From an uncultured Gemmatimonadaceae bacterium (lineage in GTDB: Bacteria > Gemmatimonadota > Gemmatimonadetes > Gemmatimonadales > Gemmatimonadaceae): DNA of 64,000 nt. Positions 29,139 through 39,378 of this stretch are shown here, one piece after another (the stretch's first letter is position 1; each line of letters opens with the position of its first letter). The stretch is taken from the NCBI GenBank assembly GCA_963761305.1, contig CAVXGK010000001.1:320001-384000 (forward strand). The letters are read 5' to 3'. The translations under genes were made by a program, and so were the position numbers. The notes below the pieces were generated by a model that saw only the letters and a list, made by a program, of their open reading frames with translations, ran no database searches and was not told where the DNA came from.

Positions 29139-29792
29139 TCAGCCGACGTATGTGTAGCTGAACCCTTTCTCCTGCGCCCGATTGGTGACGATCACTCCCG
29201 CCGCCACCACTCGCGCGGTGGGCGTCACCAGATTCGCCCGCAAATCCGCCTCGACGTCGGCCGCGCTCATGCCCGCCTCGCCCGCGACCGTGCGCGCGAG
29301 GCGTGACGTCGCCATGCCGCACACAGCCACGATCACGCCGCGCTTGGCGAGATCGTTTGCGGTGTTCACGTGCGCATTCTTCGTCGCCGGCACGCCGCCC
29401 TCCATCACTTTCTGCGACTCACCCAACTTGTACTTGCTCCACATCGCGTCGTTGAATCCGAACACACTCGCCAGATGGCGGACGCAGACGATCACGTTCA
29501 CGTCGGAGTCCTTGAGCTGGTAGATGGGCCCGGTGTTCGCCGTGAGAAAGTTGCGCGCGAACGCAAAGCCCATCGGCCCGTTCTCGATGCTCGTGCAATC
29601 GTAGATGTTCTTGTGCTGCCCGGTGAGATCGTCGAGCCACGCATCGGCTGGATGCGTCGGCCCGCGCCCGCGCGCCGGCTGTGCGGCTGACGTCGCCGGA
29701 AGTGCGACGATGCCCGCGAGCGCAGCACCGGCCGCGCCAAGTCGGGAAAGGAATGATCGCCGAACGACGGCGTCCTGAGCGTTGGTGTTCAT
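29139..29792 (-). CDS. Tat-exported DsrE-like protein
   Basis: RRSFL signal; D.WLD, VRH, ND.MW.KY, RGV.VAVC.MA, V.AGV....AQE.GF.Y. Confidence 0.75.
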   Translation of the reverse strand: MNTNAQDAVVRRSFLSRLGAAGAALAGIVALPATSAAQPARGRGPTHPADAWLDDLTGQHKNIYDCTSIENGPMGFAFARNFLTANTGPIYQLKDSDVNVIVCVRHLASVFGFNDAMWSKYKLGESQKVMEGGVPATKNAHVNTANDLAKRGVIVAVCGMATSRLARTVAGEAGMSAADVEADLRANLVTPTARVVAAGVIVTNRAQEKGFSYTYVG

Positions 29793-29951
29793 GATGGCGA
29801 GCGAAAGGGGGACGTATGACGCGAGCGGGGGGGGCCCGAACCTCGACAAGTTCTGACGCAAAGCGACCTGCACCGGAATCTACGGCGACTGCCATCGGTT
29901 GGCTTTCGGGGATCGTTCCATGCGGTGAACGGCCCGTGCCCGGAGGTTGCC

Positions 29952-30824
29952 ATGAGCACGACCACGAATCAGTCGCTCACGATGATCGCCTCGCTCGTGC
30001 TTGGCGCCATCGTCCTTCTCGTTCTCCTGTTGCGTTGCATCAACATCCTGCGGCAATACGAGCGCGGCGTCGTGTTTCGCCTGGGCCGGGCGATGCAGAG
30101 CGAACGGGGCCCCGGGTTCGTGTTCATCTTCTGGCCCATCGACAAACTCGTACGAGTTTCGCTTCGCATCGTCACCTGGGACGTGCCGACACAGGACGTC
30201 ATCACGCGCGACAACGTCTCGCTCAAGGTAAATGCGGTCGTCTACTATCGCGTCACCGACGCCAAGAAGGCCATCATCGAGGTCGAGAACTTTCGGTATG
30301 CCGTCGAGCAGGCCGCGCAGACCGGACTCCGATCTGTGCTCGGTGAAGTGGAGTTGGACGATCTTCTCGCCGAGCGCGCCAAGCTGAACGCTCGACTGCA
30401 AGCGATCCTCGACGAACAGACCGAGATATGGGGCGTGAAGGTGACGCAGGTCCAGGTCAAGCAAGTCGACCTGCCGCAGGAGATGCAGCGCGCCATCGCG
30501 GCCCAGGCCGAGGCCGAGCGCACTCGCCGAGCCAAGATCATCGCCGCGCAGGGAGAGTTTCAGGCGGCGACGAAACTGGCCGAGGCCGCGGCCGTGCTGA
30601 ACCGCGAGCCGATTTCGGTGACCCTGCGCTATTTGCAAACGCTCATCGAGATCGGGTCGGAGCAGAACACGACGATCGTGTTCCCACTGCCGTTGGAGCT
30701 CCTTGGCCTGAATCGACAGCCAGGTCTCATGGAGAGAGCACGACCAGCGGCGGTCCAGCCGCCGGGCGCCGGTGGTGGCCGATTTGTGGACGGCGATGGA
30801 ACGGATGGGCGCCAGGCGCCGTGA
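29952..30824 (+). CDS. SPFH/slipin (stomatin-like) protein
   Basis: [45 protein letters not shown]. Confidence 0.95.
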   Translation: MSTTTNQSLTMIASLVLGAIVLLVLLLRCINILRQYERGVVFRLGRAMQSERGPGFVFIFWPIDKLVRVSLRIVTWDVPTQDVITRDNVSLKVNAVVYYRVTDAKKAIIEVENFRYAVEQAAQTGLRSVLGEVELDDLLAERAKLNARLQAILDEQTEIWGVKVTQVQVKQVDLPQEMQRAIAAQAEAERTRRAKIIAAQGEFQAATKLAEAAAVLNREPISVTLRYLQTLIEIGSEQNTTIVFPLPLELLGLNRQPGLMERARPAAVQPPGAGGGRFVDGDGTDGRQAP

Positions 30825-30917
30825 GACGAAAGGGTTGGTGATTTCCGGCTCCCTTCCCGTGATCTGTTGCCCGTTGATCCCGTCCGCGCCGCCCCTCATG
30901 TTCCCGGATGGCCATCC

Positions 30918-32012
30918 ATGAACTGCGGCCGTCGCGCGCCATCGGCACTCGCCCTTCTCGTCGGTGCTTTCTTCACCGCCGAAGAAGTCTTCATGGACCT
31001 CGCGCGCCATCGCCCCGAGCTGACCAATAAGGATCTCGTCAACAGCATCGAATTCTGGGCGGTCTGGGTCGCGCTCACACCACTCGCCCTCCTCGCCGCT
31101 CGGCGGTGGCCGTTCAGCGGACGTGTCGGCGTGCGGTTGGTCGTTTTCCACTCCATGGCGGCGCTCGGCCTCGCCACGCTGCACAACATCATCGTCATCG
31201 GGGTGCAGCTCGTCGTCGCCCAATTGAACCGTCAGACGGTCGGGCTCGCGACGGCGGACTACGCGAACCCCACAGCCTTCGTGTGGGGCGTGTTCACCGG
31301 GCTGATCTTCTATGCCCTTATCGTCATCGTCTTCAACTCTCTGCGACTTCGCGGTCTCTACGCCGCCGAGCAAACGAGCCGAGCGGCGATTGCGGCCGAG
31401 CTTTCCGAGGTGAAGCTCGAGAGCCTGCGTTCGCAGCTTCGCCCGCACTTTCTGTTCAACACGCTCAACGCCATCTCGGTGCTCGTGAACGAGGACGCGC
31501 ACGTGGCGCAGCGAATGATCCTCCGCCTGTCCACGCTCTTGCGGCGCAGCCTCGACGAGGATGCGCACCAAGTGGCGCTGCGGCAGGAGCTCGCGTTCGT
31601 GAACGACTATTTGGACATCCAGCGAGCGCGCTTCGGCGATCGCCTGAACGTCGAACTGGCGATCGCGCCGGACGCATTGCCGGCGCTCGTGCCGGTCTTC
31701 CTGCTTCAACCGTTGCTGGAGAACGCGATCGAGTACGGCAAGGCGGACGGCGCGCGCACCGCCGTCTCGCTTACCGCGACGCGCGAACACGGCGATCTGC
31801 GCATCGTGCTCGCCGATGACGGCCCCGGACTCGCGCCCGGGTCGGCGCGTGAGGGCGTTGGACTCGGCAACACGCGGGCTCGGCTTCAGCAGATGTACGG
31901 CGCGCGCGCGACAGTCGCTCTCGGGCCGGCGCGCCCGGAGGTCCCGACCGGCTCGCCGGGCCGCGGGGCCCGGGTCGACATCCGCATCCCGTACTTCGAG
32001 GCGTCCGTATGA
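30918..32012 (+). CDS. LytS/YesM-type sensor histidine kinase
   Basis: TM region, QLRPHFLFNTLN, LQPLLENAI, GVGL.NTR.RL. Confidence 0.93.
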   Translation: MNCGRRAPSALALLVGAFFTAEEVFMDLARHRPELTNKDLVNSIEFWAVWVALTPLALLAARRWPFSGRVGVRLVVFHSMAALGLATLHNIIVIGVQLVVAQLNRQTVGLATADYANPTAFVWGVFTGLIFYALIVIVFNSLRLRGLYAAEQTSRAAIAAELSEVKLESLRSQLRPHFLFNTLNAISVLVNEDAHVAQRMILRLSTLLRRSLDEDAHQVALRQELAFVNDYLDIQRARFGDRLNVELAIAPDALPALVPVFLLQPLLENAIEYGKADGARTAVSLTATREHGDLRIVLADDGPGLAPGSAREGVGLGNTRARLQQMYGARATVALGPARPEVPTGSPGRGARVDIRIPYFEASV

Positions 32013-32803
32013 AGGTTCTCATCGTCGACGACGAGCCGGTCGCTCGGCGAGGACTGCGCGGGCAACTCGCTGCGCTACCGGGCATCGAAGTCGTCGGCGA
32101 GTGCGCCAACCGAGCCGACGCCGTCGCCGACATCGTCCGCCGATCTCCCGACGTCGTGCTCCTCGACATTCAGCTCGGCCGGTCGACGGCCTTCGACATC
32201 ATCGAGGATGTCGGCGTCGACGCCATGCCGCTCGTCGTCTTCGTCACCGCGTTCGACCGTCACGCCCTCAAGGCGTTCGAGGTGCACGCGCTCGACTACG
32301 TTCTCAAGCCGATCGATCCGGTGCGACTGGCTGAAGCGCTCGAGCGCGCGGCGGCACTCCTCGCGCTCCGCCGCGGTGCGTCGCTCGCCGACCGCCTCGA
32401 GGGATTGTTGGCGACGCGCGAGCGAAGCTCGGACGCGAGTGCGCCCGACAAGGCGACCGATCTGGCGCCGGAGCGCTTCGTGGTTCGCGACGGAGAACGC
32501 CTGCGTCTGATCGACGTGGCCGATATCGAGTGGTTCGAGAGCGCCGGCAACTACGTCCGCGTCCACAGCGCCAAACAGTCCTACCTGATGCGATCGACAA
32601 TGGATGACGTCGCGCGACGTCTACGGGGCGGCGCCTTCGTGCGCGTCCGGCGGTCAGCCTTGGTCAGCGTCGCCGCGGTCGCGACGCTCGAGCGCTACAG
32701 CAAGGCGTCGTTCGTGGTGCATCTGCGGAACGGGACGAAGGTCATATCGAGTCGCTTCTATCACTCCGAGCTCCGGCGTCTGCTCCATCCCGCGACGTCC
32801 TAG
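32009..32803 (+). CDS. LytTR-family response regulator
   Basis: IVDDEP.AR, FVTAFD, AFEVHALDY.LKP, ESAGNYV, FVRV.RS; ATGA overlap. Confidence 0.95.
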   Translation: MKVLIVDDEPVARRGLRGQLAALPGIEVVGECANRADAVADIVRRSPDVVLLDIQLGRSTAFDIIEDVGVDAMPLVVFVTAFDRHALKAFEVHALDYVLKPIDPVRLAEALERAAALLALRRGASLADRLEGLLATRERSSDASAPDKATDLAPERFVVRDGERLRLIDVADIEWFESAGNYVRVHSAKQSYLMRSTMDDVARRLRGGAFVRVRRSALVSVAAVATLERYSKASFVVHLRNGTKVISSRFYHSELRRLLHPATS

Positions 32804-32934
32804 AGCTCGCGCCATTCCGTCGAATCACAACCGAAGCACCGGAAATCACGCGCGCGGCGCACGCTGTCGCGCTCACGTTGTGATCCGGCATCCGGGCCTG
32901 CTACCGTGCCCAGCACAACGAATCCGGAGCTCCA

Positions 32935-34470
32935 ATGCCCGCCGTCAGTCTGCGGTCCACCGGTCCACCGGTCCACCGGGGCACCGATCTGGCCGTCCAC
33001 CGGTCCACCGTCATCTTGTGCCTCGCCATCGGTGTTCGCCGTGCGGACGCACAACGCGCCGACTCGCTCGGGCCCGAGGTACGCAAGTTCGTTCGCGTCA
33101 TGTCGCCGCGTGTCATCCTCGAACACGTAGAAGTGATCGACGGAACCGGCGCGCCGGCGCGCGCTGACCAGAACGTCACGATCGAAGACGGAAAAATCGC
33201 GGCGATCACCGCCGGCGCCGACGTGCCGCCGAGCGACGGCGCGACGGTTCTCGATTTCCGCGGCTACTCGATAGTGCCGGGCATCGTCGGCATGCACGAC
33301 CACCTCTGGTCGCTCACGCGGCCCAATCTGCGGCCCGACAATTCGTCGGACAGTCCGGTCGTGGATCGCGACATGACCTTCTCCGCGCCGCGCCTGTATC
33401 TCGCCAATGGCGTGACGACGATTCGCACCGCGGGCAGCATGTCGCCCTACGCCGACCTCAACGTCAAACGCGCCATCGAACGAGGCGCGTTGCCCGGCCC
33501 GCACATGGACGTGACAGGCCCATATCTCCAAGGGACAAACCCGAACGGAGCGCTCCAGCTCCCGCAGCTGTCGTCTCCCGAGGACGCGCGACAGACCGTG
33601 GCCTTCTGGGCCGACCGGGGCGCGACGTCGTTCAAGGCCTACCAGAACATCACGCGCGGCGAATTGCGCGCGGCCATCGACGAGGCGCACAAGCGGGGGC
33701 TCAAAGTGACGGGGCACCTCTGCTCCGTCACCTACCCCGAAGCGATCGCCCTCGGCATCGACAATCTCGAACACGGGTTCTCGGCGAACACGGACCACGA
33801 CCCCGACAAGAAACCGGACGCGTGCAGCGAGAGCGGCGGCGACTTCACGCTCGAGCACATGGAGCCCGGCGGACCGGAAGCGAAGCAGCTGATTGCGTTG
33901 CTCCTCTCGCATCACGTCGCGCTCACCTCGACGCTCCCACTGCGCGCCACGTCCGTCCCCGGCATCGGCAACCTGGCCGACGGCATGCCTCTCCGCGAGG
34001 GCGTCCGCGACGCGATGTCCCCCGGCCTCCGCGATGCGTTCGAGTACTGGTATGCCCATCCCAGCCCCACGCGCTCGCGAACGGCGATGCTGCTGCGACG
34101 GGAGATGGACCTCGAGCGCGAGTTCGTCGCCGCCGGCGGCCTGCTTCTCGCCGGTCCGGATCCGGTCGGCCTCAACGGTTTGGTCCCCGGCTTCAGCGAT
34201 CAACGAGAGATCGAGCTGCTCGTCGAAGCCGGCTTCTCGCCGCTCGAGGCAATCCGGATCGCCACGTTCAACGGAGCGATCTTCCTCGGGCGCGATCGCG
34301 AGATCGGCTCGATCGCCGTCGGAAAGCACGCGGATCTCGTCGTCGTGAAAGGAGATCCCGCGACCCACGTTGCTGATCTCGAGCACGTGGAGCTCGTGTT
34401 CAAGGATGGAGTTGGATACGACCCGGCCAAGCTGCTCGCGTCGGTCAAGGGGCGATACGGGGAGTATTGA
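32935..34470 (+). CDS. amidohydrolase family protein
   Basis: PGIVGMHDH, GVTTIRTAG, TGHL, LEHG, GSIAVGK.ADLVV; start uncertain. Confidence 0.92.
   Translation: MPAVSLRSTGPPVHRGTDLAVHRSTVILCLAIGVRRADAQRADSLGPEVRKFVRVMSPRVILEHVEVIDGTGAPARADQNVTIEDGKIAAITAGADVPPSDGATVLDFRGYSIVPGIVGMHDHLWSLTRPNLRPDNSSDSPVVDRDMTFSAPRLYLANGVTTIRTAGSMSPYADLNVKRAIERGALPGPHMDVTGPYLQGTNPNGALQLPQLSSPEDARQTVAFWADRGATSFKAYQNITRGELRAAIDEAHKRGLKVTGHLCSVTYPEAIALGIDNLEHGFSANTDHDPDKKPDACSESGGDFTLEHMEPGGPEAKQLIALLLSHHVALTSTLPLRATSVPGIGNLADGMPLREGVRDAMSPGLRDAFEYWYAHPSPTRSRTAMLLRREMDLEREFVAAGGLLLAGPDPVGLNGLVPGFSDQREIELLVEAGFSPLEAIRIATFNGAIFLGRDREIGSIAVGKHADLVVVKGDPATHVADLEHVELVFKDGVGYDPAKLLASVKGRYGEY
32955..33010. repeat. 8-mer GTCCACCG tandem array (7 units, 2 degenerate)
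   Basis: read directly at the 5' end of the amidohydrolase gene. Confidence 0.8.
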
Positions 34471-34523
34471 CGGCCGTCCGCCGTGAAGGCGCAAGCCGAG
34501 CCGTCGCCCGATATACTTCCAGC

Positions 34524-34988
34524 ATGGACGCCGCCCCACTCCTGCACCGGGTTGCTCGCGTGCTGACCGCGCGCCGACTTGATGCGGTGCTCATCGGCAA
34601 TGCCGCCGCGGCTCTCCAGGGTTCACCCGTCACGACACTGGACCTCGACTTCTTGTTTCGAAAGACGCCGACCAACATCCGCAAGTTGAAGGGCGTCGCC
34701 GACGACCTCGATGCGGTCGTGATGCGCCCCTTCTACCCGATGTCGGACCTGTACCGCGTCGTGCGCGACAGCGAGGCGCTCCAGCTCGACTTCATGGCCA
34801 AGATCGACGGCATTCGTTCGTTCGAACGACTGCGAGCCGGCGCGTCACCGATCCATTTTGGCGGCCACCCCATTCTGGTCGCCTCGCTTCGCGACATCAT
34901 CAAGAGCAAGCGCGCGGCAGGGCGTCCGCAGGATCTCGCGGTCCTTCCGGTACTCGAGCAAACTCTCGATGCGAAAGAAGAGAGCTAA
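34524..34988 (+). CDS. nucleotidyltransferase (AbiEii/DUF1814-like)
   Basis: LIG..A..LQG...TLDLD, LDF, SL.DII.SK.AAGRPQD; TATACT 6 nt before the ATG. Confidence 0.8.
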   Translation: MDAAPLLHRVARVLTARRLDAVLIGNAAAALQGSPVTTLDLDFLFRKTPTNIRKLKGVADDLDAVVMRPFYPMSDLYRVVRDSEALQLDFMAKIDGIRSFERLRAGASPIHFGGHPILVASLRDIIKSKRAAGRPQDLAVLPVLEQTLDAKEES

Positions 34989-35127
34989 GTCGCGCAAGCG
35001 GTCGCCGCTTGCTCGCGAGGCAGAGAGGAACCGACTGGATCAGATTCGTCGGCTGCTCGCCCTCGAGCCGTCGCGCCGCACGAACTTTCTTCGTGTGCGC
35101 GTTCCCTTTCGCGGATCGTCGATCTAG
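34969..35127 (+). CDS. small basic protein (52 aa), partner of the nucleotidyltransferase
   Basis: MRKKRAKS..LDQIRRLLALEPSRRTNFLR; overlaps the NTase end by 20 nt. Confidence 0.55.
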   Translation: MRKKRAKSRKRSPLAREAERNRLDQIRRLLALEPSRRTNFLRVRVPFRGSSI

Positions 35128-35166
35128 CCGTTCGCCGACGGCGATAGTCGGGTTGCAGCCGCCCCC

Positions 35167-35215
35167 TTGACGCCCTCCGCCGGATCGCAATACCTTCTCG
35201 CCGGAGCATCTCCGG
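35167..35215 (+). promoter_or_regulatory. sigma70-like promoter (TTGACG-N18-TACCTT) and palindrome CCGGAG-CAT-CTCCGG
   Basis: directly upstream of the second padR. Confidence 0.55.
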
Positions 35216-35225
35216 GAAGGGCGCA

Positions 35226-35570
35226 CTGTCCGACGAACTCGGCCTCCTACAAGGCACCCTCGATCTCCTCGTCCTGAAAGTCCTGACGTGGGGCCCGCAG
35301 CACGGCTACGCCATCGCCGGCCGGATCAGAGAACGCTCGGCGAACACGCTCGTGATCGAGGACCGCGCGCTCTACCTCTCGCTGCACCGCCTCGAGGAGC
35401 GCGGCTGGGTCACCTCGGAATGGGGCGTCTCCGATTCCAACCGGCGGGCGCGCTACTATCGCCTCACTGCCGCCGGTCGCCGCCAACTCCGCGAACGCAT
35501 CAGCCATTGGACCCGCTACGCCGACGCCGTGTTCAGCGTCATCAGAGCGGACGAGGGCGTGTCGGCGTGA
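35226..35570 (+). CDS. padR: PadR-family regulator (probable CTG start)
   Basis: SDELGLLQGTLDLLVLK..HGYAI..SNRRARYYRLT; no in-frame ATG/GTG/TTG between the stop at 35145 and the motif. Confidence 0.9.
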   Translation: MSDELGLLQGTLDLLVLKVLTWGPQHGYAIAGRIRERSANTLVIEDRALYLSLHRLEERGWVTSEWGVSDSNRRARYYRLTAAGRRQLRERISHWTRYADAVFSVIRADEGVSA

Positions 35571-38231
35571 ACGACCGCCGCTCGGTCGAACGCGACATCG
35601 ACGACGAGATCCGCTTCCATATAGAAGAACGGGTCGACGATCTCGTCCGCCGCGGCTGGTCCGCCGACGACGCGCGAGAGTCGGCCTTGCGCGAGTACGG
35701 CGACGTCGCGCGCAGTCAACGTGAGTTGGCCGAAGTCGATCGTCGTCGCCTCGGTCGCAAACACCGCCGGGAGATTCTCATGTCGACGTGGGACGACCTC
35801 CGCTACTCAGCCCGTTCCCTGCTCCGCCGGCCCGCGCTCATGGCGATCAGCCTGTCCGCGCTCACCATCGCCATCGCTGCGAATGCGGTGATGTTCGGGG
35901 TCATCGACCAGCTCATGCTGCGACCGCCATCCGGCGTCGCCGCTCCCGGCCAAGTGAAGCGCATCTACTTCCGCGAGCACTTCGACAACAAGATCTCGAC
36001 CGGCCCGACGACGTCCTACCCGATGATCTCCGCCATTCAGTCGGGAATTCCGTCGCTCGACGTCGCCGCGTTTTTCGCCGGCACACACACGCTGGGACTC
36101 GGCCGCGACGCGCGCAGCGTGAAAATTCAGATCGTCTCCGGCAACTACTTCACTGTCCTCGGCGTTGCGTTGGCGGCCGGCCGCGCGTTCAGCGCCGCGG
36201 AAGACGACCCGTTCAATCCGACGCGCGTCGCCGTGGTGAGCGACGCCTACTGGCGCGGTGAACTCGGCGAAGCGCGCGACGTGCTCGGGACATCCGTGAC
36301 GATCGACGGCAGCCCCTTCACGATCATCGGCATCGCGCCGCCGGGCTTCAGCGGAATCAACCGCGAGCGCACCGACATGTGGGTGCCGGTGAGTGCACTC
36401 GCCGCACAGGCGTTCGGCGCCAAGTGGCACTCGAACACCGGATCGTACTGGGTTCAGGCGATTGGCAGGCTTCGCCAGGGTGCGACGACGCAGTTGGCCG
36501 AGTCGCAGGGCACGGCGGCTTTTCGCAACGAGATTCGCGCCGAAAAACAGCCGTGGCGCGACTCGGTGGGGACCGTCGTGCTCGGAACTCTGATCGGTAC
36601 CCGCACGCCGGACGGCGTCAGCCCGGAATCGAAGGTGTCGCTCTGGTTGATGGGTGTGGCGGTGATCGTCCTGCTCATCGCGTGCGCCAACGTCGCCAAT
36701 TTGCTCCTTGCCCGCACGTTCGAGCGCCGGCGCGAGATCGCCGTACGCGTGGCACTCGGCGTGAGCCGTGCGCGACTCTTGAGACAATTGTTGAGTGAGG
36801 CCGCACTGCTCGCCGGCGTGGCAGCGATCGCGTCGGTCATCTTGGCTGAGTGGGCGAGTCGTTTCGTCGAGCGCACGCTTCTCCCCGGCATCGTTTGGAC
36901 CGACTCCGTACTCGACACCCGCATTCTCGCGTTCACGCTCGGCGCCGCGGTGCTCTGCATCCTCCTCGCCGGCGCGATTCCCGCCGCCCACGGCATGGCC
37001 ACCGACGTCTCGGACGGACTCAAGTCGTCATCGCGGCAGATTGCTGGACGCCGGGCCGGACTTCGACAGGCGCTGCTCGCGACGCAGGCGGCGCTGTCGA
37101 TCGTGCTGCTCGTCGGCGCCGGATTGTTCGTCAACAGCCTTCGCAACGTCGTCCGTCGTGACGTGGGCATCGACATCGATCATGCGATGGCCGTGTCGAT
37201 GGACTTGAGTCATTTCGGATTCAGCCGCCCCGACATCGACGCCACGTTTCAAACCGCTCTGGCGCGCGCCACGACTGTTCCCGGAGTGAAGACGGCGGCG
37301 ATGGTGTGGACGACCGTTCCCGGATCGAACGCGAGCGCGATGAGCTTTGCGGTGCCGGGGCTCGCCAAGAGGCGGGAGCTCAACGGCGGCGGGCCGTACT
37401 ACGGCGGCATCGGCGCGAACTTCTTTGCCGCCATCGGCGCGCGGATCGTTCGCGGCCGAGATTTCACGCCGAGCGAGGAGCGCGCCCCGACGCGCGTGAT
37501 GATCATCAATCAAATGCTGGCCGACGCCTACTGGCCCGGCGTAAATCCGATCGGCCAGTGCGCACGACTCGGCAGCGACTCGACGTGCACGACGATCGTC
37601 GGCGTCGCACAGAACGTCATGCTCTTTCGCATGATCAAGGACGACCGGGCGATGATCTACTTGCCGCCGCTCCATCCAATGCTGGATGGCCCGCCAAGCG
37701 CGATCATCGTGCGGACCAGCCGGTGATCCCGGCCCGGTGATTCCCGAGCTTCGCCGTGCCATTCAGAGCGTCGCGCCCAACATGCCGTTCGTCAGCATCA
37801 GGCCGTACTCCGAGGTCGTCGCCCCCGAGCTCCGGCCCTGGCGACTCGGCGCGACGATGTTCACGCTCTTCGGCGCGATCGCGCTGATCATCGCCGCGGT
37901 GGGCCTGTACAGCGTGATGGCCTACTGGGTCTCACAGCGCACGCACGAGATCGGCGTCCGCGTCGCACTCGGCGCACGGACGAGCGACGTCGTTCGCCTC
38001 GTGACGCTGCAAGGCTCGCGCGCGATCGGCGCCGGCATCGCGCTCGGCGCGGCGATCGCGCTATTCGCGTCGCGGTTCATCGCCGACATGCTGTACGAGA
38101 CGTCGACACACGATCCACGAGTGTACATCGGGGCGGCCGTCGTGATGGTGATCGCGGGAGCAGCGGCGAGCGTGATGCCGGCGCGACGATCGGCGAAGGT
38201 CGACCCGGCGATCGCGCTTCGAAGCGAGTAG
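35567..38231 (+). pseudogene. ADOP-type ABC permease split by a 1-nt insertion near 37718-37721
   Basis: DIDDEIRFH prefix, ..IIVRT then continues GDPGPVIPELRR..DPAIALRSE in the next frame. Confidence 0.88.
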
Positions 38232-38310
38232 CGACGGTCGAGGCTAACGGCGAGGGATCGCGGCCAGTCGTGGTCTGTCTTGGTGCTCTGGCCCCGATCT
38301 TGGGCTCGAA

Positions 38311-38347
38311 GTCAGACGGCTGACGTCAGAAAGGTCGGACGTCAGAC
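38311..38347. repeat. 7-mer GTCRGAC-like tandem units
   Basis: gtcagac ggctgac gtcagaa ag gtcggac gtcagac. Confidence 0.6.
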
Positions 38348-38399
38348 CAACTCTCGCCGGGCCGCGAGTCCCATCACAAATCGCCTTGCCACGTTCTGA

Positions 38400-38535
38400 A
38401 ACGACAACTGCTGGTAGAACAACGATTTCGCGGATGATCCGGATTTCGCGGACACTGCAAAGGGCAAGAGAGAAGTGCTTTGTTTGTTCCGCGAAATCCG
38501 CCGTTCTCCGCGAAATCGTAGCACTTCTTGTCGTT
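38400..38535. repeat. long nested palindromic element (REP/MITE-like)
   Basis: GATTTCGCGGA x2, then TCCGCGAAATC x2; outer arms AACGACAA/TTGTCGTT. Confidence 0.8.
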
Positions 38536-38566
38536 GTCCGAACGCCGACCCAACGTCAGTCGCGAG

Positions 38567-39070
38567 CTATTGCGCCTCGACCCGCCCCCTGACGTCAGCG
38601 AGATATCGATCGATCGTCGCCGTTTGCCCCATCACAAATCGCGACACGAATCGAAATATCGGATTGTAGACTTCACCGTTCTCTGTGATGCTGAGCGTCG
38701 TCGCGGTGCCGGTCGGCTCGATGTCGTAGATCCATGTTCCGCCGAACGGCAGCGATTTGTCGGCGATTCGCGTGACCAGCCGTCGATTCTCGACGACGGA
38801 GTCGACGCTATAGAGAATGGCGCCGTTCTTTCCGTTCTCGCGGAACCGCGAATGCCCCTCCTCCGCCGGCAACAGGTCGACGCTCTTCACTTCGCTCCGC
38901 CACGACGGAAACTCGGCCGGACGGTTGATCAGGTTGAAGACCGCTTCCGGTGACGCGTGGAGCGCGACGGATCGAGTCACGCGGTGCGCGACAGGCAGGC
39001 TCCAGCCGACGATGAGGACAATCGCGACCAGGGCCGCAACGACGACTCCGACGATCGCCAGCACTTTCAT
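38567..39070 (-). CDS. SRPBCC-family protein with N-terminal anchor
   Basis: LP..H..TRS, PSWRS.VKSV, FGGTW.Y, ITENGEVYNPIFRF. Confidence 0.88.
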   Translation of the reverse strand: MKVLAIVGVVVAALVAIVLIVGWSLPVAHRVTRSVALHASPEAVFNLINRPAEFPSWRSEVKSVDLLPAEEGHSRFRENGKNGAILYSVDSVVENRRLVTRIADKSLPFGGTWIYDIEPTGTATTLSITENGEVYNPIFRFVSRFVMGQTATIDRYLADVRGRVEAQ

Positions 39071-39238
39071 GATTGCCTCACCTTGTCTTCGCCCGCGTAC
39101 ACCTGCGGAAACGCCATTTGGACGACGCGAATTGTCTGTTCTGCGTTCATGGCGGCAACCTACCGCCTGCCCTCGGAGTTCGTCAAAACCGACTCGAACG
39201 CGGGCGGCTCCCCCGCACCCCACCCCACCCCGCCCCGT

Positions 39239-39266
39239 TCCTCGTTCCAGTTCACCGCACACCGCC
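39239..39266 (+). repeat. 28-bp dispersed direct repeat, copy 1
   Basis: TCCTCGTTCCAGTTCACCGCACACCGCC identical to 41639-41666. Confidence 0.9.
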
Positions 39267-39378
39267 CCTCTCGATCGTCGCCAATAGGTGTCATCGTAGC
39301 GTCAGTTACGCCCGATACAATTGACGGCTCGCGGACCGATGTCGCTCACCGCACGAGCCTTTCAATGAATCGGAACAA

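Noticed and set aside
29880..34539. 636-aa and 579-aa minus-strand ORFs
   Set aside because: Antisense to the SPFH/LytS and amidohydrolase genes
37724..37726. TGA in ADOP3 as selenocysteine or readthrough
   Set aside because: The permease continues in a different frame, so this is an indel and not readthrough
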